Assembly: GCA_965206595.1 (NCBI GenBank) | Contig: OZ242214.1 | Coordinates: forward strand, 6,656,001-6,720,000 | DNA: 64,000 nt | From: Candidatus Latescibacterota bacterium | GTDB taxonomy: Bacteria; Latescibacterota; UBA2968; UBA8231 | Direction: 5' to 3' | Part shown: positions 1 through 10,013 of the stretch, in pieces | Position numbering within the stretch: position 1 is the first letter of the stretch | Layout of the letters: each line of letters opens with the position of its first letter | The notes under the pieces: model-generated | The model's input: the letters and a program-made list of their open reading frames with translations, nothing else | Databases searched by the model: none | Told to the model about the DNA's origin: nothing | Program-made: the position numbers and the translations under genes

Positions 1-202
1 TGCGCGCCTTCCTGAGTGCGGCGGTGAGCCCGGTGCGCAGCCAAGAATTGGTAGGACCGCCGACGCTTGCGAAGGCATCCAGATCGACGCGCACGCTCCC
101 GGCGAGCGCCGTCCTCCCGCGCGCCCGGGTCAACTCAACCGCGTACAACCCCCGGTCATCGAAGTGGATGCCGGTGGCTCGCTTTTGCCATGGCCGCAGC
201 AT
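1..202 (-). CDS. PilM-like type IV pilus assembly protein, N-terminal part (runs off window)
   Basis: Not in the ORF track. Manual translation from ATG at 202 gives MLRPWQKRATGIHFDDRGLYAVELTRARGRTALAGSVRV..., open to position 1. It resembles the PilM/FtsA N-terminal GIDIG...VEL motif and lies 4 bp downstream of comEA. Confidence 0.45.
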   Translation of the reverse strand, partial: MLRPWQKRATGIHFDDRGLYAVELTRARGRTALAGSVRVDLDAFASVGGPTNSWLRTGLTAALRKAR

Positions 203-206
203 GTCT

Positions 207-593
207 TCAGTTCAGGGTGACTGCCGGACGGATCTTTTCGAGTGTTGCGGGGCCGATGCCCTTGACCTCCAGAAGATCCTCCAGCCTGGAAAAAGGCCCA
301 TTCTGTTCCCGGAAGCTGAGAATGCGCGCCGCGGTCTTCGGCCCTATCGAGGGAAGCGTCTGCAGCTGCGCCGCAGTCGCCGAGTTGACGGCGACCGGTA
401 CCACCGGTTCGGGGGGCGGAGGCGGGTCGCGATCGGCGGCAGGGGGCTCGGCCGGCACCTCTACCGCCCCTTCGATCACGTGGAACTCCTCCATCGCTTC
501 TGGATCGTAGCGGTCGACGACGGCTACGCCGGTGCCGAGCAGGAGCGCTGCCGACAGGAACAGCAGCGCGGTCTGCTCCTGCCGGTTGAACAT
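207..593 (-). CDS. comEA: ComEA-family helix-hairpin-helix DNA-binding protein
   Basis: N-terminal TM anchor, Pro-rich linker, then VNSATAAQLQTLPSIGPKTAARILSFREQNGPFSRLEDLLEVKGIGPATLEKI. Start chosen at MFNRQEQ (593) within ORF 207..806. Confidence 0.9.
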   Translation of the reverse strand: MFNRQEQTALLFLSAALLLGTGVAVVDRYDPEAMEEFHVIEGAVEVPAEPPAADRDPPPPPEPVVPVAVNSATAAQLQTLPSIGPKTAARILSFREQNGPFSRLEDLLEVKGIGPATLEKIRPAVTLN

Positions 594-655
594 CGAAGAT
601 ACCGGTTGCAGAAGTCGGGTCAAACCTGTCCACACGCCCCTGGTGACCATCGCCG

Positions 656-3600
656 TCAGCGGAAAGTCAGCACGCCGGAGACCTTCACCTCGTGCACCTT
701 GCGCAACTGCTCTCTGCGGTTGTCGCGGCTGTAGTCCAGGCGCACGACGCCGTTGCCCCGGAAGGTGTCGCTGAAGCGGTAGGTCCCCTTCAGTTCCGCT
801 TTCCATTCATCCTTTGACTCGAGGGGCACAGGTTCTTCCAAGCCGGTGGCGCTCGATCTTTTCTTCGAGCCGCGCTCGACCTCGAAGGCGAGATCGACCT
901 CGCTCTTAAGTTTGCCGAAGAGCGGCAGCTCCCCAGGCCTCAGCCGGTACTTCACCTCGAGGCTGGTCGACCTCCGCTCGCTCGTCCCGCTACCGCGCAC
1001 GGGGGGCCTCTGGCCGGCCTCGGCATCCGCGGAGAGCTCGTAGTTGGTTTCGTCGGACAGGGAACGCGTCACGCCGATGCGGGTGCTCGGACCCCAGCGC
1101 CACTGTCCGGTCCAGTTCAGGCGCATCTCGTCCGTCGTTTCCTCGCTCAGCAGGTTGTGCGGAAGCAGGGAGTTGTTCCCCTCGTCGGTAACCCCGCCGT
1201 CGATGGAGGCGCTCACCTGGGCGCTGTTGAGGAACCTCTTGATGTAGGGAATTCGGTCCGCCCGGCCCCAGCTGATGGTGAAGCTGGGAAAGGTTTCCTC
1301 GCGGCGAACCCGCATCCGGTTGCGGGTGCTGCCGCTACGGCGCGAGGTCTGGTCCTTGAAATTGGTTTTGACGCTGAACCCCATCGGCAGCTTGACCCCG
1401 GTCGACAACTCGAGGTTCTCGTTGCGGCTGTCCTGATCCTGCGTGGTCAACCCCGAGGCGGCGCGCCGCCTCTCGAGGCTGTCGGCGAGCCCGAGCTGGT
1501 ACGAGAATGCCGGGCGTCCGACGAGGTTGTAGTTTCGCGTCTCCCCGCTACGGCGCCAGTTGGCGCTCAATGGGTCGACGCGGCCCCCGGCGAAATGCAG
1601 GAACCGGCGCAGGAAGAACGGCTGCCGGTCCGCCCCCCTCTTCTCGGGGCTGCTCGTATTCACATCCCCCTCTCTTTTCTTCCTGGAGCTCCTGCTCGGC
1701 TTCACCCCCGGCTTGCCCACCGCCTTCATCAGCTGCCCGAGGCGCAGGTTCACGCGGCCGGAAATATTGTTCTTGGTCGTAATGTCGATCGTTTTGACCG
1801 GGAGTCCGGTGACCGTGTCGATGACCGCCTGCGCCTGCCTTCTCCTCGGATCGTTGATCTCCTCGTAGTTGGCCAGGAAGGTATAACTCTGGTCGAGCCA
1901 TTTCAGGAACCTGAGGGTCAGCTTGACGTCCGCTTTCTGGTTTCGCCTGACCTCGCGGCCGAAGCTCATCCTCCTGAGGTCGTACTTCTTGCGCAGGTCG
2001 CGATTGATCTGGAGGCTATAGTCCCCGGACAGCACTTTCAGCGGATTGGCCTTGGCGGTGTAGGTTTCCCTCATCGCGAACTCTTCCTGGAAGGTCGTAT
2101 CGATGTTCGAGCGCTGCAGGGTCACCGACTCCCTGTGGTTGACGGACATCGAATAGTTTGCGGTCGTCGGCAGGAAGCGCAGCTCGAATTTCGACCACGA
2201 GTCCGGCGCGAACCCCGGGAGCCAGGCGAGAAACCGGAACGAGGGTTTCGGCAGGGGCATCTTGTAGCCGAAGCTGAGGTTCTGGTTGTCCCTGTTTTCC
2301 AGCGGACGGATCGGGGAGAAACCGCGCTCCCGGGTCTGCGATATGCGGAAGTTCATCTGGTCGACCGACCAGCGAGTGAGCCAGTTCTTGCTCGAGCGTT
2401 TGCTGATCGAGATCTCGTAGAGCTCCTTGGCCCGGCGCGACTTCTGCTCCTGCTTTTCCTGAGGGTTCAGCTCGACGTCGGAGTTGGGACCGAAGCGGGG
2501 CAGGCTCTGGTTGCGCGAGTAGGTCGCCTTGACCGGGATGGAAAAACCCCAGCTCCCCGGTAGGAACTTGTGGAGGTTGGTCGTGGTGTTGAGCGCCGTC
2601 CGGAAGTCGGATTGCTTGCGGCCGGTATTGGTGATCGTGCGAAAGTTCTCCCCCTGCCAGTCGACCGAGGCCTCGACGTTGACCAAGTCGGCCAGCGAGC
2701 TGTTGACGCGGGCATAGGCCGCCAGTCCGGGATCGTTGCGCGCCTCGTCCAGGCGCAGCTCGTCTGTGAACAGCCGCCCCGAGTAGCTGCGCAGGGCGCT
2801 GCGGTTGCGCACCCCGATGGCCAGTTGCCTGATCTGCTGCAGCGACGGACTGCCGCGCACGCGATAGGTCGCAGGGGTGCCGTCGCGGAGATCCGGATCG
2901 ACGATCACGGTGTCGATTTCGGTTACCGGATTTCCCAGCTCGTCTGTGCGGCCCTCCTCCAGCAGCGCCTTCAGCTGCGCCATCTGCAGCAGGTCGACGT
3001 CGACCTCGTTGCGCTCGTCCCAGCCCGGGAAGATCGGCATGGCGAACTCGTAGTAGTTGGAGCCGTCCCGCCCGAAGCGCACGAACAGCTCGATCTCGCT
3101 CGAGTCGACGTCGACGAGATAGGTCCCGGAGGAGTCGCCGTGGGCGAACATTTTCAGGCGCGTGTACTTCGTGTAGTCCGCCTTGCCCGACAGCACCTTG
3201 GTGGCCACCGCCTGGTGCCCCGCTTCGAGGTCGCCGTACTCCAGAACCAGGGATTGCTCCCGCTCCCTCGCCCTCGAGCTGCGCAGGCGCCGAACCTTGA
3301 CCCCCGGTGGAGGTTTGTAGGTCAGGCTTTCGTCGGTGCCGATCACGGTTACGTTGAAGCTCTCCTCGCTGTCCGGTTCGATCGGCATGCCGCCTGGCAG
3401 CACCGCAATCTCCTGTTCCTGCCAGTCGTTGCGGATGATCTCGATCTTGGCGATCTCCACCTTGATGGTGGTTTCCCCGGGCGCAGGCGAGCCGCCGGCA
3501 AGGGTCAGGCGCCCGTACTCGACGCGGCTGGAGTCGGGCGAACCGACGCGTTCGACCCTTTCGTCGAACAGCGCCCTTCTGTAGAGACGCCAGCCCGCCG

Positions 3601-6600
3601 GACTTTCGGAACCCGGGACATGCCCGCCGTCGGACAGATCGATGACGTGGTGGTAGTAGTCGTTGCTGCGGTTTAGAATGCCGTCGTTGTTGAGGTCCTC
3701 GGTGTCGGGACGCGTCCCGGCTTCGGTGTTGCGGTTGCCCTCGGTACCGTTTATGCGGCTGTAGTCGTCGCGGTTGCGGCTCGAGTCGTAGCGCCAGTTG
3801 TCTCCCTCCGGATCGCCCGGGTCGCGGTCTTCGTACTGGGGCAGGGCCCTGAACTGAACCCGCATCTCTTCAGCTGTCAGTCCCTCCGTACCGACTCCGG
3901 CCGCGGCGAGGTAGAAAGCGAGCTCCCCGGTATCGTCGCGGCCGTCGATGCCGACGTCCTCATCCTTCGAGACCACGTTGTCCCCGGATCTGCTTCCCGC
4001 GTACGGGACGTCTTCGGTGTCGAGAACGCCGTTCTCGATCCAGTCCTCGTCGATCGAACCCAGATCGATGTGCAGCACCCCCTCGGTGCCGCGCACCCAG
4101 ACCTCGAGAAACTTGCTCTGCGAGAAGTCGCGCACCCCCGTCGACCAAGTCGTCATCAGGCCGTCCCAGGACTCGGGAACCCCGTCGAGGGGCGTCAGCT
4201 CCATCACCAGCACGTCGGTCTTGTTCTGGCTGGCTTCGACCTGCTCCTCCTGCCGCGGCCAGATCTCGGTGAGGGCGATCCTGTTGAAGGGGTTGTACCA
4301 GATCATCCTGCCGCGGTCCTCGCCGTCGAAGCCCAACGGCCGGCTCGACGGCGTCCAGTTTCTGCGGAATACACGGAATTCCTCCGGCCTTTCGCTGCCC
4401 TCGAAGTCGTCGATGTAGCCGCGCCCCTTGGTGTTCAGGTTGGGACGACTCTGGGCGACCTCGGCGTGGAAGGACAGGTCGGACTTCGCCGCGGTCTTCA
4501 GCATCGGCAGGGCGTCGACCGCCCGGGTCAGCAGCGGGGCGTCGAACTTCGCCTTGAAGTCGAGATCCCAAACCACGGTGCGCGCCGGCTCGGCGCCGAC
4601 GCGGACGCGGGGCTCGGCGCTGCGAACGTTGTTGTAGAGGATCGTTCCGCCCACGGTCGCGTCCCCGCCCATGAATTCGTACTCCCCCCGCGTGCCAAGC
4701 AGGGTTTTCTGCTGGCTACCAAGGCCGAGCAGGTCCTGCGACTCGTAGCTGATTTCCAGCTCTGCCCCGGGGTCGGCAACGATGTTCTGCACCTCGCCGA
4801 GGAAGGTTACGTCCCCGGTGAAAGACACGGTGTAATCGATGTCGCGCTGCAGCCTTTTCCCGTTGAGGCGCACCTGCACCGACTCGGTGGCGATGCCGGC
4901 GAGGCGCCCCTGGGTAAGGCTGATGCGCTGCTCGCCGGAGCTGTTAACGACCTGAATCAGGAAGCGGCTCACCTCTTCCTGGTCGCGGCGCTGGTGCGAG
5001 TTGTAGATCTTGGGCACCGGATTCTTGAGCGCGGAGAAGCGCTGATCGCTGGGGGCGAACGGGGTCAGGTCCGGGAAAATCAGCACCCCCCTGCTCTCGT
5101 CGAGACCTATGTAGTCGGCGTCGATCAGCTGATCGGGAGGAGTTCCCGAGTCCTGACCGTGCGAGTCGAGGCCCATGATCTGCAGCAGCGACTTCCTGCC
5201 CTGGGAAGGGGAAGGCTCACGCCCCGGCACCTCCTCGAGGATCTCGACGCGAATCTTGTCCCTTTCGAACTGGCGCCCCCGGGAAAAGCCGCGAACGATG
5301 CGGTAGACGTTCTTCCACTCGAGATCCCAGGTCGGAAAGTCGGGGCGGGCATTGCGCGCCTTTATCAGCCTGAGCTGCAGCTGATCGCCTCCGCCGCCGA
5401 ACTCCTCGCCACCAACGGTGCGGTACCTGACGGCGAGGGCGTAGCGATCCTGCACTGGGCGGTTGAGGATGATGAAGCCGAACTCGCGCACCAGGGAGTA
5501 GTCGTTGTCGGGATCGAGCCTGTGCCAGGTTCCCTCTTCGCGACACCCGGTTCGATCGACAGCACCGCTGGCGTCGAAGCACTCGATGCGCGAGCCGCCG
5601 GCCGCGGCCAGCTGCGCGTCCTGGGCGTCGACGGCCGCCACCCCCTGCTTGGCCAGGAGCTCGGCGTCGTTGTTGATGTTGAAGTCGTTTATGTAGACCT
5701 CGAGGCTGGCCTCGTCGATGATGTCGGCCTGGACCAGGCCGCGAGGCTGGGTCGAGGCCACCTCGCGAAAGTCGCCGAGCCGGTCGCGATAGCGCATTCC
5801 CAGGTAGAAATAGGTGTTGCGGATGTAGTCGTGGTCCCTCACCGTGAAGGTGTCGACCTGAGCCCCGCCCCGGAAGGTGCGCCTGTTGCTCTCGCTTTTC
5901 TCATGGCTGGCGATGGTCGTGAACGCCATCGGCCCCAGGCGCCCCTTGGCGCGGATTCCGAACAGCCCCTTGTGCTGCTGGTTGAAGGTCACGAAGCGGG
6001 TCTGCGGCAGGGCCAGGGTGGTGTTGCCGGCGACGACCTCCTGGAAGATGTCGTCCTCGTCCCCCTTGAAGTCGAGCTTGATCTCGTTGGCGAGCTTGTC
6101 CTTGAAGCCGGTGGTGAACCCCTGGCCGAGCTGCTGCGTGTCCTGATCAATGCGCACGTTGATCGCCTCGCCGACACTGCCTTCGACGGAGAATTTCGAT
6201 TCCTGCTCCATCGCCAGAGACGGAAACTTGGACGACCCTCCGGCGCGGGTGAACTCCTCCCCCGCGGTCCACTGGCTCTTTCCTGCCAGGGTAGCCGTAT
6301 GACTGCCGTTGATCCTCAGGCTGCCCTCGTCCCCGATGAAGCGGCGCACCGGCGCCGGAGCGGGGAAGGGGACCCTCCACTCGAAGCGCCCTCGCTGCCC
6401 TGCCTGGCGGGCGGCGGTCACCTTCTGGTTGCGGCGCACGGTCTCCCGCCACCTGGTTCTCAGAGTGTGGTCATACCCCAGGTCGAGGTAGTCATCGAGA
6501 GAAAGGGTCACCGGGGGCCCGCTGGGAAAGCCGGCCGCCTGCGGGGAGTAGTGAACGCCGTTGGAGTCGACGGTGACCTCTTTCATGTCAAAGGACATCG

Positions 6601-6829
6601 CCGATTCCAGCATCGGCTTCTTCCAGCGCCAGCGAAGCAGGGGCTGGCCCGGGCGCGTGATATCGCCGTATTCGAGAGGCTGGTGAAAAAGCTGTGCTAC
6701 TGGTCCGACCAGAGGCTGGCCACGCAACCCGACCTCGGCTGCGGACACCTGAACACACAGGGTGCACGCGAAGAAGCCCAGGAACCCGAACCGGGCCCTC
6801 TTCTCGGTGAATCGAGATCTGATGCTCAA
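656..6829 (-). CDS. sprA: SprA/Sov-like large outer-membrane protein (T9SS translocon homologue), 2057 aa
   Basis: Signal peptide. SprA-type motifs: IKLDFKGDEDDIFQEVVAGNTTLALP...KGLFGI, QQKTLLGTRGEY, GYIDDFEGSE, PDTEDLNNDG, FTDELRL. Beta-strand-rich C-terminus. Confidence 0.85.
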   Translation of the reverse strand: MSIRSRFTEKRARFGFLGFFACTLCVQVSAAEVGLRGQPLVGPVAQLFHQPLEYGDITRPGQPLLRWRWKKPMLESAMSFDMKEVTVDSNGVHYSPQAAGFPSGPPVTLSLDDYLDLGYDHTLRTRWRETVRRNQKVTAARQAGQRGRFEWRVPFPAPAPVRRFIGDEGSLRINGSHTATLAGKSQWTAGEEFTRAGGSSKFPSLAMEQESKFSVEGSVGEAINVRIDQDTQQLGQGFTTGFKDKLANEIKLDFKGDEDDIFQEVVAGNTTLALPQTRFVTFNQQHKGLFGIRAKGRLGPMAFTTIASHEKSESNRRTFRGGAQVDTFTVRDHDYIRNTYFYLGMRYRDRLGDFREVASTQPRGLVQADIIDEASLEVYINDFNINNDAELLAKQGVAAVDAQDAQLAAAGGSRIECFDASGAVDRTGCREEGTWHRLDPDNDYSLVREFGFIILNRPVQDRYALAVRYRTVGGEEFGGGGDQLQLRLIKARNARPDFPTWDLEWKNVYRIVRGFSRGRQFERDKIRVEILEEVPGREPSPSQGRKSLLQIMGLDSHGQDSGTPPDQLIDADYIGLDESRGVLIFPDLTPFAPSDQRFSALKNPVPKIYNSHQRRDQEEVSRFLIQVVNSSGEQRISLTQGRLAGIATESVQVRLNGKRLQRDIDYTVSFTGDVTFLGEVQNIVADPGAELEISYESQDLLGLGSQQKTLLGTRGEYEFMGGDATVGGTILYNNVRSAEPRVRVGAEPARTVVWDLDFKAKFDAPLLTRAVDALPMLKTAAKSDLSFHAEVAQSRPNLNTKGRGYIDDFEGSERPEEFRVFRRNWTPSSRPLGFDGEDRGRMIWYNPFNRIALTEIWPRQEEQVEASQNKTDVLVMELTPLDGVPESWDGLMTTWSTGVRDFSQSKFLEVWVRGTEGVLHIDLGSIDEDWIENGVLDTEDVPYAGSRSGDNVVSKDEDVGIDGRDDTGELAFYLAAAGVGTEGLTAEEMRVQFRALPQYEDRDPGDPEGDNWRYDSSRNRDDYSRINGTEGNRNTEAGTRPDTEDLNNDGILNRSNDYYHHVIDLSDGGHVPGSESPAGWRLYRRALFDERVERVGSPDSSRVEYGRLTLAGGSPAPGETTIKVEIAKIEIIRNDWQEQEIAVLPGGMPIEPDSEESFNVTVIGTDESLTYKPPPGVKVRRLRSSRAREREQSLVLEYGDLEAGHQAVATKVLSGKADYTKYTRLKMFAHGDSSGTYLVDVDSSEIELFVRFGRDGSNYYEFAMPIFPGWDERNEVDVDLLQMAQLKALLEEGRTDELGNPVTEIDTVIVDPDLRDGTPATYRVRGSPSLQQIRQLAIGVRNRSALRSYSGRLFTDELRLDEARNDPGLAAYARVNSSLADLVNVEASVDWQGENFRTITNTGRKQSDFRTALNTTTNLHKFLPGSWGFSIPVKATYSRNQSLPRFGPNSDVELNPQEKQEQKSRRAKELYEISISKRSSKNWLTRWSVDQMNFRISQTRERGFSPIRPLENRDNQNLSFGYKMPLPKPSFRFLAWLPGFAPDSWSKFELRFLPTTANYSMSVNHRESVTLQRSNIDTTFQEEFAMRETYTAKANPLKVLSGDYSLQINRDLRKKYDLRRMSFGREVRRNQKADVKLTLRFLKWLDQSYTFLANYEEINDPRRRQAQAVIDTVTGLPVKTIDITTKNNISGRVNLRLGQLMKAVGKPGVKPSRSSRKKREGDVNTSSPEKRGADRQPFFLRRFLHFAGGRVDPLSANWRRSGETRNYNLVGRPAFSYQLGLADSLERRRAASGLTTQDQDSRNENLELSTGVKLPMGFSVKTNFKDQTSRRSGSTRNRMRVRREETFPSFTISWGRADRIPYIKRFLNSAQVSASIDGGVTDEGNNSLLPHNLLSEETTDEMRLNWTGQWRWGPSTRIGVTRSLSDETNYELSADAEAGQRPPVRGSGTSERRSTSLEVKYRLRPGELPLFGKLKSEVDLAFEVERGSKKRSSATGLEEPVPLESKDEWKAELKGTYRFSDTFRGNGVVRLDYSRDNRREQLRKVHEVKVSGVLTFR

Positions 6830-6858
6830 GACGAATTCCGTTCACGGCACGGATGTAC

Positions 6859-6874
6859 AGCAAGGATCGTACCG
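6859..6874 (-). promoter_or_regulatory. Putative sigma54 (-24/-12) promoter for sprA
   Basis: Minus strand CGGTACGATCCTTGCT (GG-N10-GC) versus consensus TGGCACGnnnnTTGCW, 30 bp upstream of the start. Confidence 0.4.
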
Positions 6875-7439
6875 CGAGTGTCGTGCATGGTCCTTCGTAA
6901 ACCGGGGTGATGGCTTGGGGCATGTCCGGAAAATCCGCCCGCATGCGGGTGAGCCCGCAAGGGCCTTGCCCAGGCCGAACGGATCGCCGGAAAGGCTCTG
7001 GAGTCCTGGAGCTTGTCCTCCCGCTTCAGCGGCGCCCGCGTCGCTGAGCAGGTCCTACATACGTTCGCTATGGAGCGATAAGCGGACTCCAGAGATGGGC
7101 GGGTTCAGTTGGGGAAACCGTAGAGACAAGCCTTCCACGCGGGACCGTGGGGTGGAGTTAAATCTTTAATAAACATAGCATAAAGGCTTAGATTACATCA
7201 AGCAGAGCCGCCTTCCGCGGCAGCGGGGACCGAGGTCGGCCAAGGTCGGCATCGAGGATGGGTCGGGCGGTCTCCGGGCCGATTGCGCGCTCCGCGCCGT
7301 TCCTTCCTGGATCGGAACGGGCCTTCCCGGGCCCGGCGGAACGTTTCGCTGCCCTCCCCGCGTCCCGAGATGGCGACGTTTCCGCTATTACACGGGGAGT
7401 GTCCCTATATATTCACGCACGGAAAGCCGGGCGGTTCCC

Positions 7440-8825
7440 TTGAATCCACTTTCACGCTACGTCCTCGCTCAGCATCTGGGCCCGTTTCTGTTCGGCTGTT
7501 CCCTGATCGTGTTCGTGCTGGTCATCGACGTGGTCCTGCAGATGATGGACCGGGTGCTGAGCAGGGGGCTGTCGTTCGCCGCGGCAGGCCAGCTGTTTTT
7601 CTACAACCTCGGCTGGATAGTCGCGCTCGCCGTGCCGATGGCCGTGCTAGTGGCGGTGTTGATGGCGTTCGGCCGGCTCTCGGCCGACAGCGAGATCCTC
7701 GCCCTCAAATCGAGCGGCATCAGCCTGGTTCAGCTGATGAAGCCGGTCCTTGTGGCAGCCGCGATCCTGACCGCACTGATGGTCCTTTTCAACGATCGGG
7801 TGCTCCCCGACTGGAACCACAAAGCCCGTAGCATCCAGGCCGACCTGAAGCGGCGCAAGGCCGCCCTCGTTCTCAAGCAGAAGGAAGGCCTCTTCATCCG
7901 CGATCTGGGCGGATACAACCTGCTAATCCGCCGCGTCGACGAGGCGGAAAACAGGCTCTACGGGGTGACCCTCGTCGACGGCGGTCGCGGCAGCGGCCCG
8001 CCGCAGACGCTGCACGCGGACTCGGCTGAGGTGCGAATCTTCGACGACGGAGGGTACATGCGCCTGACCCTGTTCGACGGCGAATTCCACCGCATCGACT
8101 CCCAGAATCCCCGGCAGTTCGTCGATGGCCGCTTCGAGCGCCAAGTAATTCACATAAAGGACCGCGACCGGGCGGCGCGGACATACCCTTCTACTTCCTC
8201 TTCCTACCGCAGCGACCGCGAGATGGATGTCGGCGCCATGATGACCGCGGTGACGGACTATCGCACCGAGCAGGCCCGCGAAACCGCGGCGATGGATTCT
8301 GCCGTGCATGCCTTCCTCGACACGGTGGCGGCCAGCTACGGAACGACTGCGGCCGGGGATGAGACCGAAGAAGGGCTATCGGAAACGCCACTCCGGGCGA
8401 GAGCCGAGAAAATCGCCAAACAGCTTCACAGGCAGAGGCGCCTCAACCAGAACCGCGAGCGCCGCGCAAACGCCTATCTCGTGGAGATTCACAAAAAGTT
8501 CTCGATCGCTGCGGCCTGCATAGTTTTCGTTCTCGTCGGGGGCCCGGCGGGAGCCCTCGTGCGCACGCGGGGGGCGGCGACAGCCGTCGTCCTCAGCCTG
8601 GTCTTCTTCTTTGTATACTGGATGTTCCTGATCGGCGGCGAGGGCCTGGCGGACCGCGGGTACGTTCCCCCCGCCCTGGCGATGTGGGCTCCCAATCTCT
8701 GCTTCGGCGGCCTCGGAATCCTGCTGCTGAGGGTGGTCGCCCTCGACCAGCCGACCGGCGGCCGCCTCGGCGGACGGCTGTTGGCAACCCTCGCCTACTA
8801 CCGCCCGGGGGCCCGCGTGCGATGA
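7440..8825 (+). CDS. lptF: LPS export ABC permease LptF (YjgP/YjgQ family)
   Basis: LSRYVLAQHLGPF..., AVPMAVLVAVLMAFGRLSADSEILALKSSGIS, VEIHKKFSIAAAC, MWAPN. Confidence 0.9.
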   Translation: MNPLSRYVLAQHLGPFLFGCSLIVFVLVIDVVLQMMDRVLSRGLSFAAAGQLFFYNLGWIVALAVPMAVLVAVLMAFGRLSADSEILALKSSGISLVQLMKPVLVAAAILTALMVLFNDRVLPDWNHKARSIQADLKRRKAALVLKQKEGLFIRDLGGYNLLIRRVDEAENRLYGVTLVDGGRGSGPPQTLHADSAEVRIFDDGGYMRLTLFDGEFHRIDSQNPRQFVDGRFERQVIHIKDRDRAARTYPSTSSSYRSDREMDVGAMMTAVTDYRTEQARETAAMDSAVHAFLDTVAASYGTTAAGDETEEGLSETPLRARAEKIAKQLHRQRRLNQNRERRANAYLVEIHKKFSIAAACIVFVLVGGPAGALVRTRGAATAVVLSLVFFFVYWMFLIGGEGLADRGYVPPALAMWAPNLCFGGLGILLLRVVALDQPTGGRLGGRLLATLAYYRPGARVR

Positions 8826-9889
8826 TCCTCGATCTCTACCTCCTGCGGCGGTTCGCCGTCTGGTTCGCCATCAGCGTCGTCGCCCTGTGGCTGATCGCCG
8901 CCATCGTCGACCTCATCGAGAGCATCGACACCTTCATCGACCACGCCGCACTGCCCGGCCAGATCCTGAGATACTATCTCTTCCGGAGCCCCTACTGGAT
9001 CGTGTTGATCCTGCCGGCCGCGGCGATGCTCGCCACCCTTTTCGCCCTCACCGGGTTTGCGCGCCGCGGCGAGATCGCGGCGATGAAGGCGGCAGGGGTC
9101 AGTCTCCACCGCCTCCTGATTCCGGTGCTGGCCAGCGCCCTGTTGTTCAGCGGCGGGGCCATGCTTTTCACCGAGTACGTCGTTCCTCCGGCGACGTTCC
9201 GCTACAACACGACCAGGGACGACATTCGCTCGTACAGCCGCAGCGACGGATCACGGCGGCAGGTGCTGCTCCAGGACATCGGCGGACAGCTGGTGTTCGC
9301 GCGCTCGTACGACCACACCAGGCAGCGGGCCCAGCAAGTGCTGTGGGAGAGCCGGCCCGGGGGCCGTACGGGCGAGCGCGCCGCGGCGGAGCGGCTGGAA
9401 TGGAACGAGGGGCGCTGGGTGCTGGTCGAAGGCACCCGCTACGCGCTGACCGGCGACCGCTTCGAGGTCAGCTCCTTCGACACCCTGACCCTTTCGACGT
9501 TGACCCTCGAGCCCGGCGATTTCTCACGCCAGCGGAAAAAGCCGGAAGAGATGAATTTCGGTGAGCTGAGGTCCTACGTGGACCGCGCCCGCGCCAACGG
9601 CGAGGACGCCACCCGCCACCTCGTCGACTTGCACCTGAAGATCGCTTTTCCCCTCGTATCCTTCGCGATCGTCCTGGTCACGGCGCCGCTGGCCGCCAAC
9701 ACCCGTCGCTCGGGGCGCGCCGCCAGCTTCGGGTTCGGCGTGCTGATCTGCTTCCTGCTCTACACCTGCGTCAAGGCGGGACAGGCGCTCGGGTGGAACG
9801 AGATCATCCCCCCCTGGCAGGGGGCCTGGGGGGCCAATCTCGTTTTCGGCCTCATGGGCCTGATACTGCTGAAGAGGGCGCACTCGTAA
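8822..9889 (+). CDS. lptG: LPS export ABC permease LptG
   Basis: Start MILDLYLLRRF overlaps the lptF stop (ATGA). Motifs GEIAAMKAAGVS, PEEMNFGEL, HLKIAFP. Confidence 0.9.
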   Translation: MILDLYLLRRFAVWFAISVVALWLIAAIVDLIESIDTFIDHAALPGQILRYYLFRSPYWIVLILPAAAMLATLFALTGFARRGEIAAMKAAGVSLHRLLIPVLASALLFSGGAMLFTEYVVPPATFRYNTTRDDIRSYSRSDGSRRQVLLQDIGGQLVFARSYDHTRQRAQQVLWESRPGGRTGERAAAERLEWNEGRWVLVEGTRYALTGDRFEVSSFDTLTLSTLTLEPGDFSRQRKKPEEMNFGELRSYVDRARANGEDATRHLVDLHLKIAFPLVSFAIVLVTAPLAANTRRSGRAASFGFGVLICFLLYTCVKAGQALGWNEIIPPWQGAWGANLVFGLMGLILLKRAHS

Positions 9890-9937
9890 AACGGAAGCCG
9901 CCCCGGATACCTTCTCCTCCGGGACCGCTTCCGTTTT
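9888..9937. terminator. Bidirectional intrinsic terminator-like hairpin
   Basis: AAAACGGAAGC...GCTTCCGTTTT inverted repeat with inner CCCGGA/TCCGGG, between convergent genes. Confidence 0.6.
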
Positions 9938-10013
9938 GGCCGCTGTCTCCGACAGCGCAGACCCCATTCTTCCCGCCGGGGCTTCCCCCGGTCTCCCGAC
10001 TCCCCGCGGAATG

